NCBI GenBank assembly: GCA_038824035.1
Contig: JAWBBW010000020.1
Coordinates: forward strand, 1-27,390
DNA: 27,390 bases
Source of the DNA: Desulfurococcaceae archaeon
GTDB lineage: Archaea > Thermoproteota > Thermoprotei_A > Sulfolobales > Desulfurococcaceae
Direction of reading: 5' to 3'
The notes beneath the pieces are model-generated. The model had not been told where the DNA came from. It saw only the letters and a list, made by a program, of their open reading frames with translations, and did not search any database. The translations under genes and the position numbers were made by a program. Of the stretch, positions 7,599-18,480 are shown piece after piece (the first letter of the stretch is position 1; each line of letters starts with the position of its first letter).

Positions 7599-8144
7599 TT
7601 AAGATACATGACTTTTTAAATACATGTCCATAAAATTGCTTATGATCTGAAATGTCTCGTTAACGCCTATGTTTCTAGTATTTATGACTAAATCGAATAT
7701 GGATATATCGTCTACATCTATGCCGTAGTATTCCATGAACCGCGCTTTCTGCGTATATTCCCTTGTAATGGTTTCAACTAAGGCCTTTTCAATAGGTTTG
7801 CCATCCCTTGCGGAGATCCTGAGTATTCTCAAGGACAACGGCGCCGTTATGTAGATCTTTAAATCGACGAGATCTGATACAATCCACGCTGTCAAGTGCC
7901 CATCGATAACTATGTTATCGTGTTTCTTAGCTATTTCGAAAGTCTTCTCATCTATGCTAAGATCTATGCTGGGATCTCTCATTGCTAATAGGCTTAATTC
8001 CTCGATCGAGAGTTTTTTCTTCTCCGCGATCTCCCTGAAAATGGCGCCAGCTGAGAAGTATTTTAAACCATATTTCTCAGCTACTAATTTGGCCTGAGTA
8101 GTCTTACCACTACCAGGTGGTCCGCTTATAACTATTTTCACCAA
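7599..8144 (-). CDS. cmk: Cytidylate kinase (archaeal type)
   Basis: ISGPPGSGKTT, SAG.IFRE and YYGID..D.SIFDLVINT; conserved position between eL34 and eL14. Confidence 0.95.
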   Translation of the reverse strand: MVKIVISGPPGSGKTTQAKLVAEKYGLKYFSAGAIFREIAEKKKLSIEELSLLAMRDPSIDLSIDEKTFEIAKKHDNIVIDGHLTAWIVSDLVDLKIYITAPLSLRILRISARDGKPIEKALVETITREYTQKARFMEYYGIDVDDISIFDLVINTRNIGVNETFQIISNFMDMYLKSHVS

Positions 8145-8160
8145 TATTGATCACCACTTT

Positions 8161-8439
8161 TCAAGAACCAAGCCCAATCCTCACTGCTTCTCGTATGCCC
8201 CTGGCCAGGCACTTTGGGCATATAACTCCGCCATATGGTCTTTCAGGGCGTTTCTCGGTCTTAGCTAGTTTACTTAATTGATAAGGCCTCAAGGCCGGGA
8301 CACCGTTTAGTTCTGCACCGCATATAGAGCACCTGGCCTTGTTTGGCCGTCTTTTTTCATAATGTATAATTGTTCTTCCACTAGGTGTCCTCACCTTTAC
8401 TTTTCTCCAACTACTAGTCCTATACATGGGCCGGGGCAT
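8161..8439 (-). CDS. rpl34e: 50S ribosomal protein eL34
   Basis: MPRPMYR...VRTPSG...CSICG...KRPERPYGGVICPKC; ATG 8439 follows SD GGTGA. Confidence 0.97.
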   Translation of the reverse strand: MPRPMYRTSSWRKVKVRTPSGRTIIHYEKRRPNKARCSICGAELNGVPALRPYQLSKLAKTEKRPERPYGGVICPKCLARGIREAVRIGLGS

Positions 8440-8578
8440 CGTAATCACCAGTTTTAGGTGTTCTATTTATTAATGCTACATAGCTAGATTTGCTTAAAAA
8501 TAATGATGTATTCATTGTTCATTAGTAACCTATTTTCATTGTATTAATGTTATTGCATTATCGGGGCAGATTCGGTAT

Positions 8579-9028
8579 TTACGTTATAGATGGCCTCATG
8601 ATTTTTGATACAAAATACAATGACATAGCGAAAGCAAGTAAAACTACTATGTAAATGCTGGTATATAATTTACCATCTTCCGAGATAATTGTGAAAAAAG
8701 GTATAGATACAGGGACCTCGACTAAATCAGTACCCATTACATTGGCTACGTTGATGGCTAAGAACAATATTATCATATACGTGGCAATAAAAGTCATGGT
8801 CTGCATCAACACGATCAATATGAAACGCCTACGGATGTTCTTAATCAATGGCCTGTATTTTTTCACTCTTCTAATATCGCCTTTCGTCTTGACAACCTCG
8901 GGTGCTCTGATTGCTTTATAAGTTTCTATTATTTCCGTGTAAAACCTAGTTCTTTTAAACAACCTGAGACCATATATGTAGGAAGCTAAAATGGTGAGCG
9001 TCAAAAGCGCGGCGATCGCCAAATACAA
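8579..9028 (-). CDS. Membrane protein, probably DUF106/EMC3-TMCO1 (Oxa1 superfamily)
   Basis: TM1, basic helical linker, TM2 and TM3 layout; syntenic position between secY and eL34. Sequence motifs are weak. Confidence 0.55.
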   Translation of the reverse strand: MYLAIAALLTLTILASYIYGLRLFKRTRFYTEIIETYKAIRAPEVVKTKGDIRRVKKYRPLIKNIRRRFILIVLMQTMTFIATYMIILFLAINVANVMGTDLVEVPVSIPFFTIISEDGKLYTSIYIVVLLAFAMSLYFVSKIMRPSIT

Positions 9029-9033
9029 GCCCT

Positions 9034-10458
9034 TTACTCACCTATAAGCCTCTTTAATAGTGGATAGGCTTCTAGTGTCCTTTCATAGGCTATTAGTCCA
9101 TAATATTGTTGCAATATACCTATGGATAGTAATATGCCGGTGCCAGTTCCATAAACTCCCATTATATCCGCTATTATGGCTACTAAGGCCACTATTATCG
9201 ATGACAAAATGGTTAGTGGATATATATATCTTGCCAGGATCTGCTCGAGTATTCTTGGATTTCTCCTAACACCCGGAACTTCGAAACCACTCTTAATGAG
9301 TTCTTCTGCCTGAGCGGCTGGGTTCAACCCGGCAACCTCAACCCATAGTAACCCAAATATTATTGCGAGAATTATGACTAATACGCTATACACGATCAGG
9401 TGCACGGGATCAGCTATTGCTGATAACAAGCCATTAGGGGATGATAGATAATAAGCAATGCCGCCAATTAATCGCCCATTCTCATCATATTTGGCCAACA
9501 ATTCGGCTAACCATGATGGGATCACATGGCCGAAATAATTTCTCATAATGGTTGCATATACTAATATATTTGCATATAATATACCTATAAATATTATAGG
9601 TATGTTAGTTACATAAAGGAATTGAAGGGGTATCTTAGTTTTAATGGTATAGAGTCTAGGTGAAGTAATCGGTATCTCAATCTTTAAGCTGTTCAGATAA
9701 ATCAATATTATGATTATGGCTACCGTCGCTATTAATCCCACAAGATCCCTTCCTCCATATCTCACCAATATATTCTGTACACCTTGATTATTTACCAAAG
9801 TCTCGATCATATATGGTATGAAGCCCACTGCGACGCCTTCAACCCTCAATGGGCTGAATAAGTTCCAAAATATTGTCGTGGCTACGCCAGCTAAGATAAA
9901 GAGGGAAATACCGGAACCCATACCCCATCCTTTTTGTATCATTTCATCTAAGAGCATAACTATGAACGTAGCAATGAAAAGCTGTAGCCATACAACTAGT
10001 CTAATATCCCACCTTGCACTACAATATGTAATTGGATTTCCATAAAATGTCCAATATCGACACGACAATACATACATGCCTGCTTCGAATCCTGCTAATA
10101 ATATGGCAAGGGTTTTCTGTGCAGAGGTAAATAATTTCCTGTGCTCTGGATCTGTGAGATCTAGATTAATCAACTTAGCACCTACAAGTATTTGCATTAT
10201 TAAGCCCGCTGTGACAATTGGTCCTATTCCAAGCTCCATTAATGTACCCCTATTTGCTGCAAAGATTATTTGTATTAATAGGAATTGTTCTGGACCTTGT
10301 TGACTGATCCCATATAGCGGCGTGTTAGCCATTAGGAGATAAACAAGGAGTGCCATAAAAGTCCAGAATAACCGTGTATATAAAGATGGCTTAACCTGGG
10401 GCTTGGCCACCGTGGGCAATCTCTCAGCTATATTTGCCATTATCCTTAGTACTCCCAT
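9034..10458 (-). CDS. secY: Preprotein translocase subunit SecY
   Basis: GTLMELGIGPIVTAGLIMQ, KGWGMGSGISLFI, YVTNIP and GTGILL motifs. Confidence 0.98.
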   Translation of the reverse strand: MGVLRIMANIAERLPTVAKPQVKPSLYTRLFWTFMALLVYLLMANTPLYGISQQGPEQFLLIQIIFAANRGTLMELGIGPIVTAGLIMQILVGAKLINLDLTDPEHRKLFTSAQKTLAILLAGFEAGMYVLSCRYWTFYGNPITYCSARWDIRLVVWLQLFIATFIVMLLDEMIQKGWGMGSGISLFILAGVATTIFWNLFSPLRVEGVAVGFIPYMIETLVNNQGVQNILVRYGGRDLVGLIATVAIIIILIYLNSLKIEIPITSPRLYTIKTKIPLQFLYVTNIPIIFIGILYANILVYATIMRNYFGHVIPSWLAELLAKYDENGRLIGGIAYYLSSPNGLLSAIADPVHLIVYSVLVIILAIIFGLLWVEVAGLNPAAQAEELIKSGFEVPGVRRNPRILEQILARYIYPLTILSSIIVALVAIIADIMGVYGTGTGILLSIGILQQYYGLIAYERTLEAYPLLKRLIGE

Positions 10459-10541
10459 TTCTCGTGCACACCTTTCAACAAATAATGAGTAATCAGGTTA
10501 TTTAAAACGCAACCAGGTACTTGACCTAGCTCTTTATAGAA

Positions 10542-10988
10542 CTACCCTATGATCACGACTTGGCCTTGCGCGTTTTCTATTTTTTTCCTAGCTTCTTCGG
10601 TGATTTTTTTCACGAGTATCTTTAATGGCAATGACACCTTGCCTTTGCCCAGTACCTTGTCATAGCCCATTTCAACGAGGTTCAGGACTATTAAGTTATT
10701 TTCTTTTACGGCTTTCCCACTTGTTAATAATTTTATTGCTATCTCGTTTAAATCCCCTACATTAATCGATTTGATCTCTTTCTTAACGGCCTTTGGACTG
10801 GTAAAACCATGTTTGCCATACCAGTAAGGAGCATATTTGATCATCCATGTTACTTTATGTTTATGATAACCCACAGCTCCGAATCCACCGCGCGAACCAC
10901 TCTTCCTGTGTTGCCCAATTCTTCCCCAGCCCATTGTTCTTGTCCTTCCTCGTAGTTTTCTGGATTTCTTCCTTTTTCTCGTAGTCAT
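10542..10988 (-). CDS. rpl15: 50S ribosomal protein uL15
   Basis: [35 protein letters not shown]. Confidence 0.97.
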   Translation of the reverse strand: MTTRKRKKSRKLRGRTRTMGWGRIGQHRKSGSRGGFGAVGYHKHKVTWMIKYAPYWYGKHGFTSPKAVKKEIKSINVGDLNEIAIKLLTSGKAVKENNLIVLNLVEMGYDKVLGKGKVSLPLKILVKKITEEARKKIENAQGQVVIIG

Positions 10989-11003
10989 TCAGACCACCTT
11001 CCA

Positions 11004-11492
11004 CTAGATCATTCTTTTAATTAAATCGTTGATAAGACTGCCTCGATAACCATATTCTCCGCCTAAATTAAACGGTTTTTTCACTGTGCCTTTGAAACCT
11101 CCCTTCGGTGGGTGAAGACGGAATACTGGTTTTATCACGTTATCTAGTTTATGTAACATCACCTTGCCTTCTAATATAGCATCTGCTAATCCAGGTACAC
11201 CGCCTTTAATATTATATTTTGATAAATATTTGTCAACTAATTCATCTGTAAGCTTCAAGTCTCCTATCAACCTACCTCGTGCATATAATAACCTGATCAG
11301 CGTATCTCTGTCTATTTCCCCCCATGTGATCCAGGCTCTTGTTTTGTAAAGCATGCCACTCAATCCTGGCAGATCTGAAGGGTATAGTATGCAGTGATAT
11401 TTCTTAAGCAACCTCAATAATCTCAATGTATGCTCTACATCATATGGGCAATTAACTTGGCCCCTGATCCTTATTATGGCATATATAGCCAT
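11004..11492 (-). CDS. rpl30: 50S ribosomal protein uL30
   Basis: AIIRIRG, ITWGEID, FRLHPPKGGF, GYRG..IN.LIKRMI; start ATG 11492 follows SD GGTGG. Confidence 0.96.
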   Translation of the reverse strand: MAIYAIIRIRGQVNCPYDVEHTLRLLRLLKKYHCILYPSDLPGLSGMLYKTRAWITWGEIDRDTLIRLLYARGRLIGDLKLTDELVDKYLSKYNIKGGVPGLADAILEGKVMLHKLDNVIKPVFRLHPPKGGFKGTVKKPFNLGGEYGYRGSLINDLIKRMI

Positions 11493-11503
11493 GGTCAAGC
11501 CAC

Positions 11504-12157
11504 CTATGTCTTGGCCCATTCCAATGGTGTCACGAATCTATAAGTATTGTGAAGGGCGTTCACAACTGCTTTGGCGAAATTTAGGGTTGTCCTTGTTTCC
11601 CCAAATGACTGTGTCCAAGCATCTTTTATGCCGGCTAGTCGTAAAACGGTCTTAGCTATATCACCTGCGACTAGCCCTGTACCCTTAGGTGCGGGCTTTA
11701 TCACTATTTTAACACTGCCTGATTTACCACTTACCATGTAGGGAACACTGTGTGGTTCACTACACCTGCATTCCCAGCTTCCACACCCTCTTCTAATAGG
11801 CACTATGTTGAGCTTAGCGTTCCTAAGGGCCTTTAGTAATGATTCGTTGTATTGTCTTGCTTTACCTGTCCCTATACCCACAAAGCCGTTTTCATTACCT
11901 ATTACAACGACGACGAGGAATTTACTTCTCCGGCCGGCATCTGTCATTTTCTGGACAATCTTGGCATCTATTCTAATATACTTGAGGTCTGGGAGCAGAT
12001 AATCGACAATTTCTGGCTCTAGGAGTGGCAGGTTTTTCTCGAACAGCTCCTTTAAACTGGTTATTTTGCCTTCTAAAACCATTTTACCTACACGGGTTCT
12101 GGGTACCCATTTCTCGAGTGCTTCTTTGTCCACGGCACTCATCATGTTGAACGACAC
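11504..12157 (-). CDS. rps5: 30S ribosomal protein uS5
   Basis: WVPRTRVG, EPEIVD.LLP, RRGCGSWEC, PAPKGTGLVAG. Confidence 0.98.
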   Translation of the reverse strand: MSFNMMSAVDKEALEKWVPRTRVGKMVLEGKITSLKELFEKNLPLLEPEIVDYLLPDLKYIRIDAKIVQKMTDAGRRSKFLVVVVIGNENGFVGIGTGKARQYNESLLKALRNAKLNIVPIRRGCGSWECRCSEPHSVPYMVSGKSGSVKIVIKPAPKGTGLVAGDIAKTVLRLAGIKDAWTQSFGETRTTLNFAKAVVNALHNTYRFVTPLEWAKT

Positions 12158-12170
12158 GTGCGATCACCAG

Positions 12171-12764
12171 TTATAGTTTACCATATTCTTTGAGGATAGC
12201 ATTTTTTATTTCTTCAAAATGCTGTGGCAGATTCTCGGGGTTAAGCCCGTTTCTCAGATACTGGGAAAACCTAGTTTCCAGTAACCCCTTTTCTCTCAGT
12301 ATCTTAGCGTATGCTGCTATATGTTCTCCTCTTATCCTCTCTAAGCTGGGCACTATTTCATCACCAACTGGGACCTTCAATCCAACATCATTAGCTGCCT
12401 TGATCGCGGCAAATACTAGGGCACCCTTTCTAGGTGAATGTAGTCCTATATCAGGTATCGCGTAATTAACTCCCTTTTGAAGAGCTCTTAGAGCAGCTAA
12501 TAGGCCTGTTAAATAAGCAGCGGGCGTGTTATGGGTACCACCTTTCCATCCATATTTTTTCCTTAATTCATTTGAATGAGCAACAGCCACCATGTAATCT
12601 CCCTCTGGTTTTCCTACAACGACCTGTACCCATATGTACTTAAGGGTCTTTCTAACTACGAATCTCGGTTTTCCCGATAGAATCATGGTGTATCTTTTAT
12701 AGTAATTTGTTTTGCCTTCTCTACGCCTTCTCCTTGGTACCTTGTATCGGGGTCCATGAGCCAT
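12171..12764 (-). CDS. rpl18: 50S ribosomal protein uL18
   Basis: [30 protein letters not shown]. Confidence 0.98.
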   Translation of the reverse strand: MAHGPRYKVPRRRRREGKTNYYKRYTMILSGKPRFVVRKTLKYIWVQVVVGKPEGDYMVAVAHSNELRKKYGWKGGTHNTPAAYLTGLLAALRALQKGVNYAIPDIGLHSPRKGALVFAAIKAANDVGLKVPVGDEIVPSLERIRGEHIAAYAKILREKGLLETRFSQYLRNGLNPENLPQHFEEIKNAILKEYGKL

Positions 12765-12774
12765 TTTTAAACAC

Positions 12775-13233
12775 CTATTTTAGTTCTTTCACTATTCCGT
12801 GTTCTCTTAGATAAGTTTTCAATGAACTCAAAGATGCGAATGCCCCTCCTTTCGCAAGCATGTATAGCCTTCTATATGTCCTCTTATCTATTATTTTCTT
12901 ATTACGTAGATACTTTAGGAAACACCTTATCTTTCTGATCCTATTCATCCATATCTCCTTTTGATCTAGTCTAGCGCCTTTACTCCCTTTCCTTTTTCCA
13001 TGACCTCTTCTACGTCCCTTTATACGTTGAGCGCTTCTCACTTTAGAGCTATATCCTGTAATGCCATGAACCGGCTTCACTCTTATTGCGCCTTCTTTGA
13101 TTAGCCTCTTTATTTCCTCCCTTGTTATGGCTTCACCAACTTCATCGACTCTTCCAGGGTCAATCTTGATCCTAGAAATGCCGACTCCGAGGATTTCCGC
13201 CGCGAGCCTTTTCTGTAGTTTTAAATCACTCAT
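12775..13233 (-). CDS. rpl19e: 50S ribosomal protein eL19
   Basis: [35 protein letters not shown]. Confidence 0.97.
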   Translation of the reverse strand: MSDLKLQKRLAAEILGVGISRIKIDPGRVDEVGEAITREEIKRLIKEGAIRVKPVHGITGYSSKVRSAQRIKGRRRGHGKRKGSKGARLDQKEIWMNRIRKIRCFLKYLRNKKIIDKRTYRRLYMLAKGGAFASLSSLKTYLREHGIVKELK

Positions 13234-13242
13234 AACTAACAC

Positions 13243-13653
13243 CTAGGTGATTTGTGTTATCCTCGGGGGATTAGCCACTTTGAACCCCTTTTCAATAGCT
13301 TTTCGATATATTTCAATTGATTTCCTTAAACCGACATCGCCTCCTATATATACTATGTATTTGCTTGGATCAAGTTTTTCTAGTTCATCTACATTGTGTA
13401 TGATCACAGGTATTAATCCCGATGGATGTAGGCTCCTTACAATAGCGGGACCTCTATATCCAATTCTAACTATTGGCGGATATCCCTTGAGCTGCAATCG
13501 CATTTTGTTATCTATACCCTTTGGCTTACGCCACTTTGGATTATTCTTAAATTTAGGCTTTTTCCACCACAGATATCTAACAAATTCCGGCCGTCTCTTT
13601 TTCATATCCTCTCTGAGTTTCAAATACCATTCTATGTCCTTTTCCGCCCTCAC
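13243..13653 (-). CDS. rpl32e: 50S ribosomal protein eL32
   Basis: WRKPKGIDNKMR, GYRGP..VRSLHPSG. Confidence 0.97.
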   Translation of the reverse strand: MRAEKDIEWYLKLREDMKKRRPEFVRYLWWKKPKFKNNPKWRKPKGIDNKMRLQLKGYPPIVRIGYRGPAIVRSLHPSGLIPVIIHNVDELEKLDPSKYIVYIGGDVGLRKSIEIYRKAIEKGFKVANPPRITQIT

Positions 13654-14228
13654 TCTACAACACCTCTTTCATAGATATAAATACCATCCACGAAAATACG
13701 TCTATCTAGGTCTTTGATCTTAGTGGCCCTTTCCAGCGAAGCAGCAGTTAACCCAACTTCTTCTATATCGTTGCCCTCTACTATGATATCAGTGCCTTGA
13801 ACAATTACTCTGACATTTCCATAAATCTTAGCTATCCTATCAGCCTTTTCACCTAGAAAGTTCTTTATTCTAACCAGTTTGTTCTTTTCATCGACAACGA
13901 CGGTTATTGGAAAATGTGAATAAATTATTTTCAATTTATATTTGAAGCCCTTAGTAACTCCTATGATCATGTTTCTCACATGTGCCACAACTGATCCCAT
14001 CAACGCCTTGGTCTTCCTATTGACCATATATGCTTCCACAACTATGTTGTTGTCTTCTAGCCTAATGGATATGTTTTTGCCCACATGTGTGAAATCCTTT
14101 GTTAACTCGCCCCGCGGCCCCTTTACTGTTATCTTTAAGTCCTCAACCTTCACTTCAACGCCTTCTGGTATCTTTATTTTCTCCGAGAGATAAACATGCT
14201 TAACCACGAGTGTTCCCCCTAATAACAA
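13650..14228 (-). CDS. rpl6: 50S ribosomal protein uL6 (true start probably GTG near 14207)
   Basis: VKGPRGEL, YSHFPI, NFLGEK, DRRIFVDGIYI. Confidence 0.97.
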   Translation of the reverse strand: MLLGGTLVVKHVYLSEKIKIPEGVEVKVEDLKITVKGPRGELTKDFTHVGKNISIRLEDNNIVVEAYMVNRKTKALMGSVVAHVRNMIIGVTKGFKYKLKIIYSHFPITVVVDEKNKLVRIKNFLGEKADRIAKIYGNVRVIVQGTDIIVEGNDIEEVGLTAASLERATKIKDLDRRIFVDGIYIYERGVVE

Positions 14229-14620
14229 TATGCTAGTAATATACCCCCAGTTTTTCTCTGTATGGCATCTCTATGTGACAAGACGCCATATGGGGTGGAG
14301 ACAACCAATATACCGATGTTATACGCTGGAAGCCTTCTCTTTAACCATTCAGGTGGATTTTCTAATTCCCTCAGTTTCACAGGATATCTTGGCTTGATCA
14401 CGCCGATCTTATTTATACGTCCCAATAATTGGACCTTTATTTTACCCCAGCGACCATCATCTATATATTCGAATTCACCTATATACCCCTCCTTCTGTAG
14501 TACTTTTAACACATTCAATATCAGCCGTGAAGCCGGCCAAACCACTACTTCTTTCTTGGCCCTTAACTCAGCGTTATATATGGCTGAAAGAGCATTAGCA
14601 AGGGGATCTAGGACCACCAT
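14219..14620 (-). CDS. rps8: 30S ribosomal protein uS8
   Basis: DPLANAL, GYIGEFEYIDDGR, INKIGVIKPR, GGILLAYCY. Confidence 0.98.
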   Translation of the reverse strand: MVVLDPLANALSAIYNAELRAKKEVVVWPASRLILNVLKVLQKEGYIGEFEYIDDGRWGKIKVQLLGRINKIGVIKPRYPVKLRELENPPEWLKRRLPAYNIGILVVSTPYGVLSHRDAIQRKTGGILLAYCY

Positions 14621-14629
14621 TTTTATCAC

Positions 14630-14794
14630 CTAGCTGTATTTCTTGAAACCAATTATCTGAGCCACCTCGCGGAAACATTGTCTACAGAGATAAAGCCCAT
14701 ATGCTTGGATAACAGCATCTCGCGAGCCACATCTTCGACATTCCTGTACACCGCGCCCATATTTATCTACTTTAGGTGGTTTGAACTTTGTCAC
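14630..14794 (-). CDS. rps14: 30S ribosomal protein uS14 (54 aa, Zn-binding; below the ORF track cutoff)
   Basis: GTG start, MTKFKPPKVDKYGRGVQECRRCGSRDAVIQAYGLYLCRQCFREVAQIIGFKKYS*; SD AGGTGG. Confidence 0.97.
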   Translation of the reverse strand: MTKFKPPKVDKYGRGVQECRRCGSRDAVIQAYGLYLCRQCFREVAQIIGFKKYS

Positions 14795-14806
14795 TATCCC
14801 ACCTTA

Positions 14807-15367
14807 CTATACTATTTCTACTCCAAAGGTTTGTTTAAGTATGAGCATAGCTTCATATCTGTTTACACGATGTCTCCGTGGAATACGTGATTTACATCTT
14901 TTCCTCCTCATAACCCTGTAACCAGGGCGCTCAATAGTTATCGCTATGTCCATGCCGAATATTCCTATATCAGGATCGTACTTCATGCCAGGTATGTGTA
15001 TGTGTTCTTTTATACCAAAACTGACATTTCCGAAATCATCGAAACTGGAAGCTTTTAGCCTGTATCCAATTGCATCAAAAGCCTTTTTCAAGAACTCTAT
15101 TGCTTTCTCACCTCTCAGTGTGACGATGGCTGCTATGTTATCACCTTTTTTAATACCGAAGTCTTTTATAGTTCTCTTGGCCTTTCTGGGCACTGGTTTT
15201 TGCCCAGTGAGTTCTTCTAGGACTTTAATAGCTTTGGGTAATCTTTCTGTTTCAGCTCCAACACTTATGTTCACAGTTACCTTGGCTATCTTAGGCTTTA
15301 ACATTGGGTTGGTTTCCCATTTCTTCAAGATCTCTTGTTCGATTTGTGGTGTAAGCATCATTACCAT
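14807..15367 (-). CDS. rpl5: 50S ribosomal protein uL5
   Basis: [37 protein letters not shown]. Confidence 0.98.
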   Translation of the reverse strand: MVMMLTPQIEQEILKKWETNPMLKPKIAKVTVNISVGAETERLPKAIKVLEELTGQKPVPRKAKRTIKDFGIKKGDNIAAIVTLRGEKAIEFLKKAFDAIGYRLKASSFDDFGNVSFGIKEHIHIPGMKYDPDIGIFGMDIAITIERPGYRVMRRKRCKSRIPRRHRVNRYEAMLILKQTFGVEIV

Positions 15368-16128
15368 GCACCTTCAGGCAGGGATATCAAGGGTCTTTCA
15401 ATGCCTATTGGAAACACGTATTGAAGACTTGTCTGGAATTTATTGCCATATTTATCTTCTAATGTAACTACATATTGACGTCTTTTAAGTCCACTTTCAT
15501 GAATACTTAAAACTCTGCCTACCCTGCCAACATTTCTTCCATAAGATATTATGGCAATAACGCCCTCTTTAAGTGGTATGTATTCAATTATCCTTTTATC
15601 TCTCAATGATAGGATCACCGTTCCGAACGTCTCGTATATATCTTCCACAGGGTTTTTCGGATCATTTATATATACCAAGATATTCCTGCCATCATGTAGA
15701 TTTAGTTGTATGTGACCGCCCTTGACTGTTGTCTTGTTCTCGATCCTGCATGGTTTAATATAGCTTTCTTCTTCTGGTATTTTCACGAGTCCAAGTATCT
15801 TTGTCGGTACAGGGATCATTCTGTAAAACTCGTTTGTTTTCACAACTTGTATGATATCCATTATGCCTACTGGGAACTTGTAATCTCTCACAGTTCTACC
15901 ATCAATGGCGAAATGACCTTCAGAGATAAGTCTCCTGGCTTCTTTCCCTGTCTTAGCATACTTTAAAATATCGCGAACCAGTATTAGAAGCGGGATACAC
16001 CTATCTACAGGATGTGGACCGGGGGATGGTTTTACAGTCCATTTATACTCTTTTCTTAATATGGGCCAGAATTCAGGTGCAGCAAGGGCCTTTAAATGTC
16101 TACTTCCACCCATCTTGGCCATGCTCAT
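15361..16128 (-). CDS. rps4e: 30S ribosomal protein eS4
   Basis: [32 protein letters not shown]. Confidence 0.98.
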   Translation of the reverse strand: MSMAKMGGSRHLKALAAPEFWPILRKEYKWTVKPSPGPHPVDRCIPLLILVRDILKYAKTGKEARRLISEGHFAIDGRTVRDYKFPVGIMDIIQVVKTNEFYRMIPVPTKILGLVKIPEEESYIKPCRIENKTTVKGGHIQLNLHDGRNILVYINDPKNPVEDIYETFGTVILSLRDKRIIEYIPLKEGVIAIISYGRNVGRVGRVLSIHESGLKRRQYVVTLEDKYGNKFQTSLQYVFPIGIERPLISLPEGAW

Positions 16129-16553
16129 TTCACCTCTTTTGATCTCTCTTCAAGAGTTTTGCCTTCTTCACTCTCAGTTGGGATCTTTCCACGCCGTCTC
16201 TCTATTATCTTGAGCCTCAGTTTATCGCTGAGATCTAGCTTGGTTATCATGACCTTACTTGGATGTATAGGGTAATAAACAGGAGTTCCATCAGATTTCT
16301 TTACCTGCACCCCTTCTACGTATATCCTAACACGTTTTAAATTTATTTTTACAACTTTTCCCTCGTGACCCTTGAAACCGCCTCTCATTATCCTTACAAC
16401 ATCGCCTACACGAACAGGTAGTCTCTTGACATTATATTTCTCTCTCAATTCAGGCGATAATGGTGCGTTGAACAGTTTATGCCTTAAATGAAGCGGCATG
16501 GTATACAGCTGTTTTCTTTGTATACTTGGTTTAACAGAGCTTTTCAAGGGCAT
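16125..16553 (-). CDS. rpl24: 50S ribosomal protein uL24
   Basis: [31 protein letters not shown]. Confidence 0.97.
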   Translation of the reverse strand: MPLKSSVKPSIQRKQLYTMPLHLRHKLFNAPLSPELREKYNVKRLPVRVGDVVRIMRGGFKGHEGKVVKINLKRVRIYVEGVQVKKSDGTPVYYPIHPSKVMITKLDLSDKLRLKIIERRRGKIPTESEEGKTLEERSKEVK

Positions 16554-16567
16554 CTCAACACCTCATT

Positions 16568-16996
16568 TCACACTATTATTGAAGCTAAATTCGCGATCTG
16601 TGGCCATCTCTCGGCAGCTTCTTTTGCCACCGGACCTCTTATCTCTGTCCCCTTAGGTGTTCCTTCAGGGGTCAGTATAACAACAGCGTTGTCTTCGAAT
16701 GATACCCAGGTACCATCAGGTCTTTTATATGGTCTTTTTTGTCTAATTATTATTGCCTTGAATATTTTCTTCCTCATTTCCGGTATCCCCTTTTTCACGC
16801 TGACAACTACGAGGTCCCCTATACCAGCTGGTGGAACTCTTCTTAATTTACCATGATATCCTGGTACGCCTATTATCACCACCTCTTTGGCACCACTATT
16901 ATCGGCTACCTTGACTTTTGACATCACTTGTAGACCAGTGTTTATTCTCCTCCTGGAATAAGCTGGCTTACCCGCTACAGCTCGTTTCGCACCCAT
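16568..16996 (-). CDS. rpl14: 50S ribosomal protein uL14
   Basis: [27 protein letters not shown]. Confidence 0.98.
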   Translation of the reverse strand: MGAKRAVAGKPAYSRRRINTGLQVMSKVKVADNSGAKEVVIIGVPGYHGKLRRVPPAGIGDLVVVSVKKGIPEMRKKIFKAIIIRQKRPYKRPDGTWVSFEDNAVVILTPEGTPKGTEIRGPVAKEAAERWPQIANLASIIV

Positions 16997-16998
16997 TC

Positions 16999-17346
16999 CT
17001 ACCCACCTTTTCTCCTCAACACGCCTAACACAATGAAAGAAACTGTCTTAGATAATGGACGAGTTTCCCCAATTAAAACCTCATCGCCCTCGTTCACATC
17101 TATACACGTGGGTAGGCGTGCGTGAATATGTCTTCTCCGTCTTTCATACCTCATGTATTTTCTAACATAGTGTAGATATTCATGTCTCACAACGACAGTT
17201 TTCTGCATTTTCCTCTTAACTACAACACCTCTAAGTAAAATACCACGCACTTTCAAATGCCCATGCCACGGACACAAGGGGTCATTACATGTCTTTTCGG
17301 GCGGGTTTAACCCAGGTATACCGATGTTATTTATCCTTTGGCTCAT
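16999..17346 (-). CDS. rps17: 30S ribosomal protein uS17
   Basis: [30 protein letters not shown]. Confidence 0.98.
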   Translation of the reverse strand: MSQRINNIGIPGLNPPEKTCNDPLCPWHGHLKVRGILLRGVVVKRKMQKTVVVRHEYLHYVRKYMRYERRRRHIHARLPTCIDVNEGDEVLIGETRPLSKTVSFIVLGVLRRKGG

Positions 17347-17358
17347 GCATATTCACCT

Positions 17359-17643
17359 TTATATCATTTTCAATCGTTCCCATGGTCTACCAACGATGTC
17401 TAACCCTTTAACAACGACCATATCATTTTTATCGGGTATTTTAAATCCAAAAACACCATTTGCTTTAAAGACCCTTATTCTCTTGCCATTTCTTAATTCT
17501 ATTAAAAGCGTTTTCAACGTCTCGTCTATTACCAAGCCTTCTAGGTTAACCAATTTAGGATCACTATATTGTAGGATCCTGACTTCGAGACCGATGATCT
17601 CGTGTCGTAGGATATTTTTACTGGTGACCCTCAACGTGAACAC
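17359..17643 (-). CDS. rnp1: RNase P protein component 1 (Rpp29)
   Basis: NILRHEIIGL, G.VIDET, G..IVGRPWERLK; conserved position between uL29 and uS17. Confidence 0.93.
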   Translation of the reverse strand: MFTLRVTSKNILRHEIIGLEVRILQYSDPKLVNLEGLVIDETLKTLLIELRNGKRIRVFKANGVFGFKIPDKNDMVVVKGLDIVGRPWERLKMI

Positions 17644-17836
17644 CCTTATGTTTCTCCTCGTTCATGATGGTTAATATCCTCGCTATATCTCTCCTTATGT
17701 TACGTATCTTACTGGTGTCTTTTAACAAACCCATTTTCGCTTGTAATCTCAGCTTCACGAGTTCTAGTCTTAATTCATTTAACCTCCTTAACCGCTCTTC
17801 CATATTCATTTTCCTTATTTCACTCGGCTTCATCAC
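17618..17836 (-). CDS. rpl29: 50S ribosomal protein uL29
   Basis: EIRKM...LNELRLEL...IRNIRRDIARILT. Confidence 0.96.
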   Translation of the reverse strand: MMKPSEIRKMNMEERLRRLNELRLELVKLRLQAKMGLLKDTSKIRNIRRDIARILTIMNEEKHKGVHVEGHQ

Positions 17837-18480
17837 TATGACACCTCTTGCTTGATCTTGTCGAGCTCTTCGGGGGATAATTGTCTATATTCAATATGAT
17901 CTGGAAGTTTAATCCCAGGCTTAACTATGACAACCTCAATACCATATATTCCCGGTTTTAACAGTGCCCGCACCACAGCACGATCTATTATATAATCCAC
18001 TGGATCGCCTGACTTATACACCTTGCCTGCTCTTAGTTTTTCATATGTAGCTCTTTCTCCTCTAAGTTTACCACTAACTATTATCTCCGCGCCTATAGCT
18101 CCAGCATCCATTATTCTCCTTAACATGAACATCACTACGCGTCTAAATGGAATCCCTTTTTCCAGTGCTCTGACGATCCTGAATGCTACGACCCGCGCGT
18201 TTAGATCGGGATCTACTACAGGAGATACAGTTATATTCACGTTTTCAAGCCCAAATCTAGTTTGCATAATTGATGCGAGCTTCTTTATTATAGCCCCTCC
18301 TCTCCCTATTAATCTTCCAGGGTATTCCGCGTATATGACCACCCTATGTCCCATGGGCGTGCGATATATTTCAACATCAGTATATCCGGCGTCTTTGAAG
18401 TAATTGGCCAAGAATTCATCGATCATAAGTTTTTTCAATCCATATGAGATAAAATATTGCTTGATCCTAGATCCAACCAT
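17836..18480 (-). CDS. rps3: 30S ribosomal protein uS3
   Basis: PGRLIGRGG KH motif, GAEIIVSGKLRGERA. Confidence 0.98.
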   Translation of the reverse strand: MVGSRIKQYFISYGLKKLMIDEFLANYFKDAGYTDVEIYRTPMGHRVVIYAEYPGRLIGRGGAIIKKLASIMQTRFGLENVNITVSPVVDPDLNARVVAFRIVRALEKGIPFRRVVMFMLRRIMDAGAIGAEIIVSGKLRGERATYEKLRAGKVYKSGDPVDYIIDRAVVRALLKPGIYGIEVVIVKPGIKLPDHIEYRQLSPEELDKIKQEVS

